From assembly GCA_023664105.1 (NCBI GenBank), contig JAMPGF010000001.1, forward strand, positions 1 through 51,155: 51,155 nucleotides of DNA, given 5' to 3'. Position 1 is the stretch's first letter. The number at the start of each line of letters is the position of its first letter. The notes under the pieces are model-generated. The model saw nothing but the letters and a program-made list of their open reading frames with translations. It ran no database searches and was not told the DNA's origin. Of the stretch, positions 32,112-40,710 are shown one piece after another. The stretch comes from Butyricicoccus sp. GTDB taxonomy: Bacteria > Bacillota > Clostridia > Oscillospirales > Oscillospiraceae. A program made the position numbers and the translations under genes.

Positions 32112-32191
32112 TCGCATGAAGTGAATGATCGAACGGACGGATTTGGGAGGCTCGGCGTTTGGGCCTCCCAATCTGCCAAACAGGAGATTTC

Positions 32192-32818
32192 ATGAGCAAA
32201 AAGCAAAAAAACAAAGCCGAAAAGCCTGAAATCGAGACGCAGTCGGACTACTACAGGCTGAAGACCAGGGCGGTCGACGACCTTGTCAACGCCAATGAGG
32301 AGAATTCGCCCGAGGTGTCCGAGAAGGAGCTTCGCGCCTACCGCTCCGGCCCCAAAATGAAGATGGCCGACTGGGTGAAGATGCTCTTCATCAAGGCATG
32401 GTTCGCGGGCGCGGTGTGCTTCTTCTTCATCTGGGGCCTGGGCGGATATCTGGCCGACGAGCTGGATGTCCTGTTTGTCACCGGGTTGGCGCTGGGCGTG
32501 GTCACAGACCTGCTGACGAACCCCGTGCTCCGCTTCTTCGAGAAAACCAAGGGGGAGAACGCCCGCTGGATGATGGTGACCAGAAAGACCTTTTCCGGGC
32601 TGTTCCTCAACATCCTGTACGGCTATGCGGTGCTGATTCTGGTTTACATGCTGTATAACGTGATAAACCTGATTGCCGCGCACCTGACCGGCGTGACGGA
32701 TCAGGTCGTGCTGGGGGTGGGGCCGGTATTCTTCGGGCTGTTCTACCTGGGCTTTGATTTGCTCCTGATACAGGTAAAGCACACGATCAGCAAAATGATC
32801 CACGGCGCGGCAAAATAA
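32192..32818 (+). CDS. Hypothetical membrane protein with a charged N-terminus
   Basis: Start moved to the ATG at 32192 (CAGGAG RBS). MSKKQKNKAEKPEIE... is followed by four hydrophobic segments. Confidence 0.65.
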   Translation: MSKKQKNKAEKPEIETQSDYYRLKTRAVDDLVNANEENSPEVSEKELRAYRSGPKMKMADWVKMLFIKAWFAGAVCFFFIWGLGGYLADELDVLFVTGLALGVVTDLLTNPVLRFFEKTKGENARWMMVTRKTFSGLFLNILYGYAVLILVYMLYNVINLIAAHLTGVTDQVVLGVGPVFFGLFYLGFDLLLIQVKHTISKMIHGAAK

Positions 32819-32840
32819 CCGTTTCCATGAGGTTTTGAAC

Positions 32841-34409
32841 ATGATACGAACGCTATACCGCGGGAGCTGCTCCGCCTGCCTTGAGCTTGAGGGCAGCAGC
32901 CCGTATTACGCCAAAAGCGCCTATACGGTGCTGGTGGACGGAGAGGAACGCCTCACCGGGAACACCAACGTTTTTTCCCTGTACGGCCTGAGGCCGGATA
33001 CGCAATATGACGTTGCCCTCCGCTTCGACGGCGGCGGGGAGGAATGGGTCAGTCTGACGACACGGCCCGAGAGCTGCTGCGCCAACGTCCGGGACTTCGG
33101 CGCGGTGGGGGACGGCGTCCATGAGGACACCGCCGCTATCCAGGCCGCGATCAGCTTCCTGCCCAAGGGCGGGCGGCTGCACTTCCCGGCGGGGACATAC
33201 CTGAGCCTTCCGCTGTGCCTGAAAAGCCATATTACACTTGATTTGGACGAGGGAGCCACGATCCTGGGCTCCACAGAGCGGGAGCGATACCCCATCATCC
33301 CCAGCCTTACGGAGGACCCGGAGACCGGGAAAACCCTGCTCCAGGCCGGCTTCGAGGGGCAGGAGCTGAAAAGCTACCAGTCGCTGATCCAGGCGTCTTA
33401 CGCCGAGGACATCGCCATCGTGGGCCGTGGCACCATCGACGGCAACGGCCAGAACGGGGACTGGTGGGGGGATTTTAAAAGCTTTCCCGCCTCGCGGCCC
33501 CGTGTGATTTTCCTCAACCATACGAAAAACGTGACGCTGCACGGCGTGACGGTGAAAAATGGTCCGGCCTGGCACATACATCCCTTTTATTCGCAAAACT
33601 TTTCCATGCTGGACTGCTTCGTCACGGCCCCCAGGGTCAGCCCCAACACCGACGGCACCGACCCGGAGAGCTGCGACGGGGTGGACATCATCGGCTGCCG
33701 CTTCTCCGTAGGGGACGACTGCATCGCCGTGAAGTCCGGCAAGGCCGAAATGGCCCTGAAGTACAAAACCCCTGCCGACCGCCACACCGTCCGCAACTGC
33801 CTGATGGAGTTCGGCCACGGCGCGGTGACGCTGGGCAGCGAGCTGTCGGCGGGCATCCATAACCTGAGCGTGACGCAATGCCTGTTCCACGCCACCGACC
33901 GGGGGCTGCGCATAAAGACCCGCCGGGGCCGCGGAAAGTCCAGCGTCATCGACAACGTGCTGTTCGAAAACATCCGCATGGACAAGGTGCTGACCCCCAT
34001 CGTCATCAACATGTGGTACAACTGCTGCGACCCGGACGGCGAATCCGAGTACGTCCGATGCCGTACGCCGCTGCCCGTGGATGACAGGACGCCGCACCTG
34101 GGCTCCTTCGCCTTCCGGAACATGGAGTGCACCGGCGCGGAGGTCGCCGCCTGCTACATTGACGGCCTGCCTGAAAGCCCCATCGACGAGGTGACGCTGG
34201 AGAACATCAGCGTGTCCTTCGCCGGGGACGCCAGGCCCGATTTTCCATCCATGAAGAACGACAACCGGGAGCATTGCCGCCTGGGACTGTACCTGGATAA
34301 CGTGAGGAGGATACGGGTCAAAAGCGTTAAGCTCCGCGGCGTGGAGGGGAAGTGCCTGGTAGCCGGCCACATTGAGAACATAGTGACCGAGGACTTAGAG
34401 GGAAACTGA
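32841..34409 (+). CDS. Glycoside hydrolase family 28 (polygalacturonase / exo-galacturonosidase)
   Basis: NVRDFGAVGDGVHEDTAAIQAAI, NTDGTDP, GDDCIAVKSG, GHGAVTLGSE and RGLRIKT are the canonical GH28 motifs. Start set at the ATG at 32841. Confidence 0.9.
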   Translation: MIRTLYRGSCSACLELEGSSPYYAKSAYTVLVDGEERLTGNTNVFSLYGLRPDTQYDVALRFDGGGEEWVSLTTRPESCCANVRDFGAVGDGVHEDTAAIQAAISFLPKGGRLHFPAGTYLSLPLCLKSHITLDLDEGATILGSTERERYPIIPSLTEDPETGKTLLQAGFEGQELKSYQSLIQASYAEDIAIVGRGTIDGNGQNGDWWGDFKSFPASRPRVIFLNHTKNVTLHGVTVKNGPAWHIHPFYSQNFSMLDCFVTAPRVSPNTDGTDPESCDGVDIIGCRFSVGDDCIAVKSGKAEMALKYKTPADRHTVRNCLMEFGHGAVTLGSELSAGIHNLSVTQCLFHATDRGLRIKTRRGRGKSSVIDNVLFENIRMDKVLTPIVINMWYNCCDPDGESEYVRCRTPLPVDDRTPHLGSFAFRNMECTGAEVAACYIDGLPESPIDEVTLENISVSFAGDARPDFPSMKNDNREHCRLGLYLDNVRRIRVKSVKLRGVEGKCLVAGHIENIVTEDLEGN

Positions 34410-35540
34410 ATGAATTACCAAAAAATCGACGAGTTTGTCGACCGCCTGGTGGCTGACTCCACCCCGGAGCGCACGGTGTGGAATATGGAGAAGATACGCG
34501 AGGGCAAGAGCGCGTCGTGGAACTACATAGACGGCTGCATGCTCACGGCCCTGACGGAGATGGAGCGTATCACGGGGCAGGAGAGCTATTTCCGCTTCGT
34601 GAAGGACTGCGCCGACCACTTCGTGGGCGAGGACGGCTCCATCCGCACCTTCAAGCCCGAGGCGTACAACCTGGACGATATCAACGAAGGCCGCGTGCTC
34701 TTCGCGCTGTACGAGCGCACCGGCGAGGAGAAATACCGCAGGGCAGCGGACTTTCTCCGCGGCCGGCTCGGACAGCAGCCGCGTACCGAGGAGGGGAACT
34801 TCTGGCACAAGGCCATTTACCCCAACCAGGTCTGGCTGGACGGCATCTATATGGCCCAGCCCTTTTACGCCCTGTACGAGACGCGCTTCGGCAGCGGGGA
34901 CTGCTCCGACACTGTGGGGCAGATAAAAAATGTGCGCGCAAAGATGTTTTCAGAGGAGAAGGGCCTGTATTTCCACGGCTATGACGCGTCCCGGACGGCC
35001 TTCTGGGCCGACCGGTCGACGGGCTGCTCGAAAAACTTCTGGCTGCGCTCATTGGGCTGGTTCGCCGTGGCGCTGGCCGACCTGCTGGAGATCCTGCCCG
35101 AGGGCGGGCAGCGCGAGAGCCTGCGCGGTTTTTTCACCGAGCTGATGGCCTCCGCCGCGCGCTACGCCGATGCGGAGACCGGGCTGTACTGGCAGGTGCC
35201 GGACCAGGGCGGGAGAGACGGCAACTATCTCGAGACCAGCGGCAGCGCCATGATGGCATACGCCATGCTCAAGGGCGCGCGGCTTGGCGCGCTGGATAAA
35301 GAATACGCCGCCAAAGGCCAAAAGACCTTCGACGGCATAGTGGAAAAATATCTGAGCTTTACGGAAAGCGGGCTTAATCTGGGCGGCATCTGCCTCGTGG
35401 CGGGGCTTGGCCCGGAGAACAACCGCCGGAGGGACGGCTCGTATGAGTACTACATCTCCGAGCCGGTGGTGGAAAACGACGCCAAGGGCGTTGCCCCCTT
35501 TGTGCTGGCCTACACGGAGATAAAGCGCATTATACCATGA
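34410..35540 (+). CDS. Unsaturated rhamnogalacturonyl/galacturonyl hydrolase (GH105, YteR/YesR-like)
   Basis: WNYIDGCMLTAL, FWHKAIYPNQVWLDGIYM and ETSGSAMMAYAM fit the GH88/GH105 alpha6/alpha6-barrel hydrolases. Confidence 0.85.
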   Translation: MNYQKIDEFVDRLVADSTPERTVWNMEKIREGKSASWNYIDGCMLTALTEMERITGQESYFRFVKDCADHFVGEDGSIRTFKPEAYNLDDINEGRVLFALYERTGEEKYRRAADFLRGRLGQQPRTEEGNFWHKAIYPNQVWLDGIYMAQPFYALYETRFGSGDCSDTVGQIKNVRAKMFSEEKGLYFHGYDASRTAFWADRSTGCSKNFWLRSLGWFAVALADLLEILPEGGQRESLRGFFTELMASAARYADAETGLYWQVPDQGGRDGNYLETSGSAMMAYAMLKGARLGALDKEYAAKGQKTFDGIVEKYLSFTESGLNLGGICLVAGLGPENNRRRDGSYEYYISEPVVENDAKGVAPFVLAYTEIKRIIP

Positions 35541-35622
35541 CCGCAAAGCGGTCACGGTATAATTGGCCATGCGCGTATGCGCGGCCAGGAAATCAATGTA
35601 ATAACCGCTTCGCGGTTATTAC
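35538..35622. terminator. Three tandem hairpins between the convergent GH105 and araC-family genes
   Basis: TGACCGC-AAA-GCGGTCA (35538-35554); imperfect TGGCCATGCGC.../...GCGCGGCCA (35564-35587); GTAATAACCGC-TTC-GCGGTTATTAC (35598-35622, overlapping the AraC stop). Confidence 0.5.
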
Positions 35623-36392
35623 ACCATAATTTTCAGGTCGTCCGACTCCGTGTGCGGCAAAGCCGCCTCCGAGATGTAATTCCTGGGTGAGACTCCGTAC
35701 TGCTTCTTGAACAGGCGCGAGAAGTAAAGCGGGTCGCTGAAGCCGCACATCGCGGCGGTTTCCGAGACGTTCACCTTCCCGCAGTACGAGGCCAGTATGC
35801 TGGCGGCGTTTTCAAGGCGCTTTTTCGTCAGGTATTGCAGCGGCGTCACGCCGGCCTCCTTCTTGAACAGCTTTTTCAGATACTCGGTGTTGAACGGCTG
35901 CGAGTCGAGAAAGGCGTTCAGGTCATAGCTGGAGTCCGGATAGTGCCGGAGGATATCGTCCTCGACCAGCTGGACGGCATCGTTGTTCCGGCGCGTGGTC
36001 TGGCGCCTGGAAAGCAGGGAGACGATCAGCTGCCCGTAAATCGGCAGCAGGGCCGGCCCGTCGTCCGCCTGGGAATAGTAATAGAATGCGGCGGAAAACG
36101 CATTAAGGAGAAAGCCGTTGGAGTCGGCCCGGACGATGACCGGCTCGGAGCAGCTCAGCGCGGCGTCCGTGAGATTGATGTGTATGTTTGTGAAGCCCTC
36201 CGCACTGACGTTGGAGTGGGGGATCATGGGCGGGATGATGGCCACGTCGTTGGCGCCGTAAGGCAGGGTATCGCCGCCGAAGCTGAGTTCTCCGCTGCCG
36301 CTGGTGCAGTAGATGAGCTCCCAGCCCCTGTGACAGTGGCGGGAGACAGTCCATGTCAGCGCGTGCTTTCCCACGTAGACGATGTTATTCAT
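35619..36392 (-). CDS. AraC-family transcriptional regulator (cupin + HTH)
   Basis: The C-terminal HTH_18 region is YLTKKRLENAASILA...FSDPLYFSRLFKKQYGVSPRNY. The N-terminus is a cupin-like sensor. Confidence 0.9.
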   Translation of the reverse strand: MNNIVYVGKHALTWTVSRHCHRGWELIYCTSGSGELSFGGDTLPYGANDVAIIPPMIPHSNVSAEGFTNIHINLTDAALSCSEPVIVRADSNGFLLNAFSAAFYYYSQADDGPALLPIYGQLIVSLLSRRQTTRRNNDAVQLVEDDILRHYPDSSYDLNAFLDSQPFNTEYLKKLFKKEAGVTPLQYLTKKRLENAASILASYCGKVNVSETAAMCGFSDPLYFSRLFKKQYGVSPRNYISEAALPHTESDDLKIMV

Positions 36393-36546
36393 GTAAGGTC
36401 AGATCCTTCCTGCTTCATTAAGTCGCGCAAAGAATTATACCGTATTTTGTCGGTTTTGTCTATACCATAATGGACAAAAAAGATTCGTCAATCAAACCGC
36501 AGATCCCGGCGCAAGCCATAAATCCAAGTATAAGGAGCCAAAGACT

Positions 36547-37638
36547 ATGTCCTATTTAACCCTGAAAGACATCAACAAGATCTACCCCAACGGCTACCAT
36601 GCGGTGCACAACTTCAACCTGGAGATCGACAAAGGGGAATTCATCGTCTTTGTCGGCCCGTCCGGATGCGGAAAGTCCACCACACTGCGGATGATCGCCG
36701 GGCTTGAGGACATCTCCAACGGCGAGTTCCTCATCAACGGCCAGCGGGCCAACGAGCTCGGTCCCCGTGAGCGTGAGATCGCCATGGTGTTCCAGAGCTA
36801 CGCCCTCTATCCCCAGATGACGGTGTTTGACAACATCGCCTTCGGGCTCACCCTCCAGGGAGTGGACGAGGAGGTCATCGAGGAGAAGGTTAAAAAGACC
36901 GCAGCCATCCTGGGCCTGACGGACTATCTGGACCGCCTGCCCCGCGCGCTGTCCGGCGGCCAGCGCCAGCGTGTCGCCATCGGCCGCGCCATCATCCGCA
37001 AGGTGGGCGTGTTCCTGATGGACGAGCCGCTGAGTAACCTCGACGCCAAGCAGCGTGTCACCATGCGCTCGGAAATCGCGCAGATCCACAAGGAGACCGG
37101 TGCCACCACCATCTACGTCACCCATGACCAGACCGAGGCCATGACCCTGGCCGACCGCATCGTGGTTATGAAGGACGGTTATGTCCAGCAGATAGGAACG
37201 CCCTACGAGCTCTACTACAAGCCCGTCAACGTGTTCGTCGCCGGGTTCATCGGAGAGCCGCCCATGAACTTCATCCGCGCGAAGGTCAAGGACGGAAAGA
37301 TCCCCTTCGGCTCCAACCGGCTGGATGTGGCGTCGCTTCTGGGCGGCAGGGCCGCGAAGTACGAGGGCAAGGAGATCGTCTTTGGTTTCCGGCCCGAGGC
37401 CATTGAGCTGGGTGAGAAGGCCGGCGCCTGCAACATAAAGGCCGAGGTGGAGCTGACCGAGATGCTCGGCGACAACACCAACGTCTACATTTGTGCCGGT
37501 GAGGACAGGGCAATTCTGAAGGTCGACCCCCATGACACGCCGGAAATTGACAGCACCATCACCTTCTCCGTTCCCCTTGAGGATATCTACCTCTTCGACG
37601 GGGAGACGGAAAATGTTATTGAAAAGGCCGCGAAGTAA
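36547..37638 (+). CDS. Second sugar ABC transporter ATP-binding protein (MsmX type)
   Basis: [33 protein letters not shown], and a TOBE-like C-terminus. Confidence 0.95.
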   Translation: MSYLTLKDINKIYPNGYHAVHNFNLEIDKGEFIVFVGPSGCGKSTTLRMIAGLEDISNGEFLINGQRANELGPREREIAMVFQSYALYPQMTVFDNIAFGLTLQGVDEEVIEEKVKKTAAILGLTDYLDRLPRALSGGQRQRVAIGRAIIRKVGVFLMDEPLSNLDAKQRVTMRSEIAQIHKETGATTIYVTHDQTEAMTLADRIVVMKDGYVQQIGTPYELYYKPVNVFVAGFIGEPPMNFIRAKVKDGKIPFGSNRLDVASLLGGRAAKYEGKEIVFGFRPEAIELGEKAGACNIKAEVELTEMLGDNTNVYICAGEDRAILKVDPHDTPEIDSTITFSVPLEDIYLFDGETENVIEKAAK

Positions 37639-37659
37639 CAGGCAGCAAAGGAGAGTTTT

Positions 37660-38502
37660 ATGGATATTCGCTATTCCGCAAGCCCCAGGGATGTAAAGCG
37701 CTACACGACCCAGGAGCTTCGCGATGAGTTTCTGATTCAGGATCTGTACGTGCCGGACACCGTCAAGGCAACCTATTCCCATGTCGACCGCATGGTGGTC
37801 ATGGGCATCATGCCGGTGAACGAAAAGGTGTCCATCGACAAGGGCATCGACGTTTGGGCCAACTTCGGCACGGACTTCTTCCTCGAGCGCCGCGAGGCCG
37901 GCGTGTTCAACCTGGGCGGCAAGGGCTACATAGAGGCCGACGGCACGCGCTATGACCTGGGCTATGAGGACTGCCTGTACATCTCCAAGGGTGTGCGCGA
38001 GGTTTACTTCGGCAGCGAGGACGCCGCCGATCCCGCAAAGTTCTACCTGGCCTCCACCCCCGCGCACAAGGAGTGCAAAACCACCCTGCTGACCATGGAA
38101 AACGCCAACCACCGCCCCTGCGGCGAGGCCGCGCTGTCCAACAAGCGGGTTATCAACCAGTTTATCCACCCCGACGTGCTGGAGACCTGCCAGCTGTCCA
38201 TGGGCCTGACCCAGCTGTCCGAGGGCAGCGTCTGGAACACCATGCCCAGCCACACCCACGAGCGGCGCATGGAGGTCTACACATATTTTGAGATCCCGGA
38301 AAACCAGGTGGTGTTCCACATGATGGGCCAGCCGCAGGAAACCCGCCATCTCGTGATGAACAACTTCGACGCGGTCATCTCCCCGTCCTGGTCCATCCAC
38401 AGCGGCTGCGGCACCGCCAACTATACCTTTATCTGGGCAATGGGCGGCGAAAATCAGGCCTTCGATGACATGGACACCATGAAACCCTGTGAGATGAAGT
38501 GA
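37660..38502 (+). CDS. kduI: 5-dehydro-4-deoxy-D-glucuronate isomerase
   Basis: MDIRYSASPRDVKRYTTQELRDEFLIQDLYVPD...YSHVDRMVVMGIMP parallels E. coli KduI (MDVRQS...GLRNEFLVEKVF...YSHIDRIIVGGIMP). The cupin His motif is HTHERRMEVY. Confidence 0.95.
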   Translation: MDIRYSASPRDVKRYTTQELRDEFLIQDLYVPDTVKATYSHVDRMVVMGIMPVNEKVSIDKGIDVWANFGTDFFLERREAGVFNLGGKGYIEADGTRYDLGYEDCLYISKGVREVYFGSEDAADPAKFYLASTPAHKECKTTLLTMENANHRPCGEAALSNKRVINQFIHPDVLETCQLSMGLTQLSEGSVWNTMPSHTHERRMEVYTYFEIPENQVVFHMMGQPQETRHLVMNNFDAVISPSWSIHSGCGTANYTFIWAMGGENQAFDDMDTMKPCEMK

Positions 38503-38512
38503 GGCGCGAATT

Positions 38513-39313
38513 ATGGATATGAAAGAAATGTTCTCCCTTGAGGGGAAAACCGCCCTGGTCACCGGCGGCGCTTACGGCATCGGCTTCGCCATCGCCGAGG
38601 CTCTGGCAGGCGCGGGGGCGAAGGTCTCCTTCAACTGCCGCAGCCAGGCGAATCTGGACAAGGCTATGGCCGACTACGCCGCCAAGGGCATCGACGCCCG
38701 CGGCTACATCGCCGACGTTACCGACGAAGCGCAGGTCACGGAGCTGGTGGCAAAAATCGAGAGCGAGCTGGGCGGCGTGGATATTCTGGTCAACAATGCC
38801 GGAATTATCAAGCGCATTCCAATGACGGAGATGAAGGCCGAGGAATTCCGTCAGGTGGTGGATATCGACCTTATCGGGCCGTTTATCTGCGCCAAGGTCG
38901 TCATTCCCGGAATGCTGAAAAAGGGCCACGGCAAGATCATCAACATCTGCTCAATGATGAGCGAGCTGGGGCGCGAGACCGTTTCCGCCTATGCCGCCGC
39001 CAAGGGCGGGCTCAAAATGCTCACGCGCAATATCTGCTCGGAGTACGGCGAGGCCAACATCCAGTGCAACGGCATCGGCCCCGGCTACATCGCAACGCCG
39101 CAGACCGCCCCGCTGCGCGAGCGCCAGGCCGACGGCAGCCGCCATCCCTTCGATCAGTTTATCATCGCCAAGACTCCCGCTGCCCGCTGGGGCGAGCCGG
39201 AGGACCTGATGGGCCCGGCGGTATTTCTGGCCTCGGACGCGTCCAACTTCGTCAACGGGCACATCCTCTATGTTGACGGCGGCATCCTGGCCTATATCGG
39301 CAAGCAGCCGTAA
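38513..39313 (+). CDS. kduD: KduD-type SDR (2-dehydro-3-deoxy-D-gluconate 5-dehydrogenase / gluconate 5-dehydrogenase family)
   Basis: FSLEGKTALVTGGAYGIG, NNAG, YAAAKGG and PAARWGEPEDLMGPAVFLASDASNFVNG are present, and it lies immediately downstream of kduI. Confidence 0.8.
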   Translation: MDMKEMFSLEGKTALVTGGAYGIGFAIAEALAGAGAKVSFNCRSQANLDKAMADYAAKGIDARGYIADVTDEAQVTELVAKIESELGGVDILVNNAGIIKRIPMTEMKAEEFRQVVDIDLIGPFICAKVVIPGMLKKGHGKIINICSMMSELGRETVSAYAAAKGGLKMLTRNICSEYGEANIQCNGIGPGYIATPQTAPLRERQADGSRHPFDQFIIAKTPAARWGEPEDLMGPAVFLASDASNFVNGHILYVDGGILAYIGKQP

Positions 39314-40092
39314 TGGAGCCTGTCTCGTTTCAGGCGCTGGACGCCCCGGTGAGGGGATACCTCTGGGACGACTATGACACACTTAAAGCCCATAAGGTGC
39401 GCCCCGCACTGATCATCTGCCCCGGCGGGGCATACCGTTGGCGCTCGCCGAGGGAGAAGGACGCGCCCGCGATGGAGTTTCTGTCCATGGGGTATCAGGT
39501 GTTTATCCTTGAGTACTCCTGCGCCGAGCGCGCGGGGGAGTACCGGCCGCTGCGCGAGCTGGCAGAGACGGTGCGGCAGCTTCGGAAAAGGACCGGTCAC
39601 TGGCACATCGACCCGGCGAAAATCGCCGTGCTGGGCTTTTCCGCGGGAGGGCACCTGGCCGCGAGTCTGGGCGCGCTCTGGAACGATCCTGAGCTGGCCC
39701 TGCCTGAGCAGGCGAGGCCGGACGCGCTGGTGCTGTGCTATCCGGTGGTCAGCACGAAGGAGTTCGCACATGAGGAATCGGCCCGCCTGGTGTCCGGGGG
39801 AGACCCGGATTTGCGGGAAAAGCTGCATCTCTGGGATAGAGTGACGCCGGACTTTCCACCCACCTTTATGTGGCACGGCGGGGAGGACGCAAGCGTCCCT
39901 CCGGAGAACAGCCTGCTGCTGGCGGTGGAGCTGAAGAGGCACGGAGTGCCGCTGGAGTACCACCTTTTCGGCTCGGGCGCGCACGGGATCTCCACCTGCA
40001 CACAGGAGGTGGAGACCCCGGACGGGGCCTGCCGCGCGTGGCTTCCCCTGTGCAAAGCCTGGCTCAACCGCCGGTTTGACTATATGCCGTAG
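39313..40092 (+). CDS. Alpha/beta-hydrolase esterase (acetyl-esterase-like)
   Basis: The nucleophile elbow is GFSAGGHLA and the oxyanion region is ICPGGAY. The start overlaps the kduD stop (TAATG). Confidence 0.8.
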   Translation: MEPVSFQALDAPVRGYLWDDYDTLKAHKVRPALIICPGGAYRWRSPREKDAPAMEFLSMGYQVFILEYSCAERAGEYRPLRELAETVRQLRKRTGHWHIDPAKIAVLGFSAGGHLAASLGALWNDPELALPEQARPDALVLCYPVVSTKEFAHEESARLVSGGDPDLREKLHLWDRVTPDFPPTFMWHGGEDASVPPENSLLLAVELKRHGVPLEYHLFGSGAHGISTCTQEVETPDGACRAWLPLCKAWLNRRFDYMP

Positions 40093-40246
40093 GACAGGCT
40101 GGAGGAGCCGCAAGAGGCCGCATCTGGCACGTTTTTGGAGCTATTGCACAAAAATGAGCTGTCTGAATTGAATATATCGTACAAACCACCTCTTGTTTTT
40201 TCCGCGTGATTGCCGTATACTCTCACGCAAGAAAGGAGGTGGCAGG

Positions 40247-40372
40247 ATGCTTGACTTATTTGTCCTCTTCGACGGAACGGAGCGGGAGGAAAGCTCCTCC
40301 GACACCCCGGACGAGGTTAAGTTCGCGCGTGTCTATTTCTCGTACTACCCCTATCTGGCCGCGAACAACTGA
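40247..40372 (+). CDS. Small ORF (41 aa), hypothetical
   Basis: Not in the ORF track. A strong AAAGGAGGTGG RBS lies 6 nt before the ATG. It encodes MLDLFVLFDGTEREESSSDTPDEVKFARVYFSYYPYLAANN and is followed by a clean terminator. Confidence 0.4.
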   Translation: MLDLFVLFDGTEREESSSDTPDEVKFARVYFSYYPYLAANN

Positions 40373-40398
40373 TACTACTGATACATGAGATAGTACCG

Positions 40399-40434
40399 AA
40401 AGCGGGCTTTCCACGACGGAAAGCCCGCTTTTTG
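40399..40434 (+). terminator. Intrinsic terminator after the 41-aa ORF
   Basis: AAAGCGGGCTTTCC-ACGAC-GGAAAGCCCGCTTT followed by TTG. Confidence 0.8.
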
Positions 40435-40440
40435 TTCCTT

Positions 40441-40680
40441 ATACTAAACCCTGATAAAAAGCTCAAAGAGCATTTTCCCCAAAGGGGATGCGGCATCCCT
40501 AAGGCGGCGAAGCCGCCAAGGGCTGCCGGATATAGCGCCGCAGGCGCGTCAGGGTTTTAATGATGAGATAGCCGTTGGCGGCTTCGCCGCCTTACGGATA
40601 TCCATGCACAGCAGACGGCGCGGCGCGAGCGTGCGAAGCACGCGGAATTCTCGATTGATCTTTCGATCGAGAATTAGTAT
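40441..40680 (+). repeat. Structured dispersed repeat, copy B (240 nt; expanded by extra GC-rich triloop hairpins)
   Basis: It has the same termini (ATACTAA / TTAGTAT) and conserved blocks as copy A. The enclosing helix and the terminal hairpin are maintained by compensatory changes. It ends 30 nt before the next gene start. Confidence 0.85.
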
Positions 40681-40710
40681 TACACTATACTGCTACAGGA
40701 GGAAAAAAAT

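Noticed and set aside
30076-35570. Minus-strand ORFs 30076-31152, 31407-32171, 31952-32842, 32853-34370 and 35049-35570
   Set aside because: They are antisense to plus-strand genes with strong RBSs or canonical motifs (ATPase, membrane proteins, GH28, GH105). They are shadow ORFs.
36556-38562. 668-aa minus-strand ORF
   Set aside because: It is antisense to the MsmX-type ATPase and kduI, both with unmistakable motifs. It is a shadow ORF.
40206-40388. 60-aa ORF from the track
   Set aside because: It has no RBS. A different frame in the same region has a near-consensus RBS and a terminator (the 41-aa ORF at 40247-40372).
40549-40570. TGATGAG in copy B resembling the hammerhead ribozyme core
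   Set aside because: The preceding C of CUGAUGA is missing. Copies A and C read TAATGAG. No matching GAAA and cleavage-site arrangement follows, so it is not a hammerhead.
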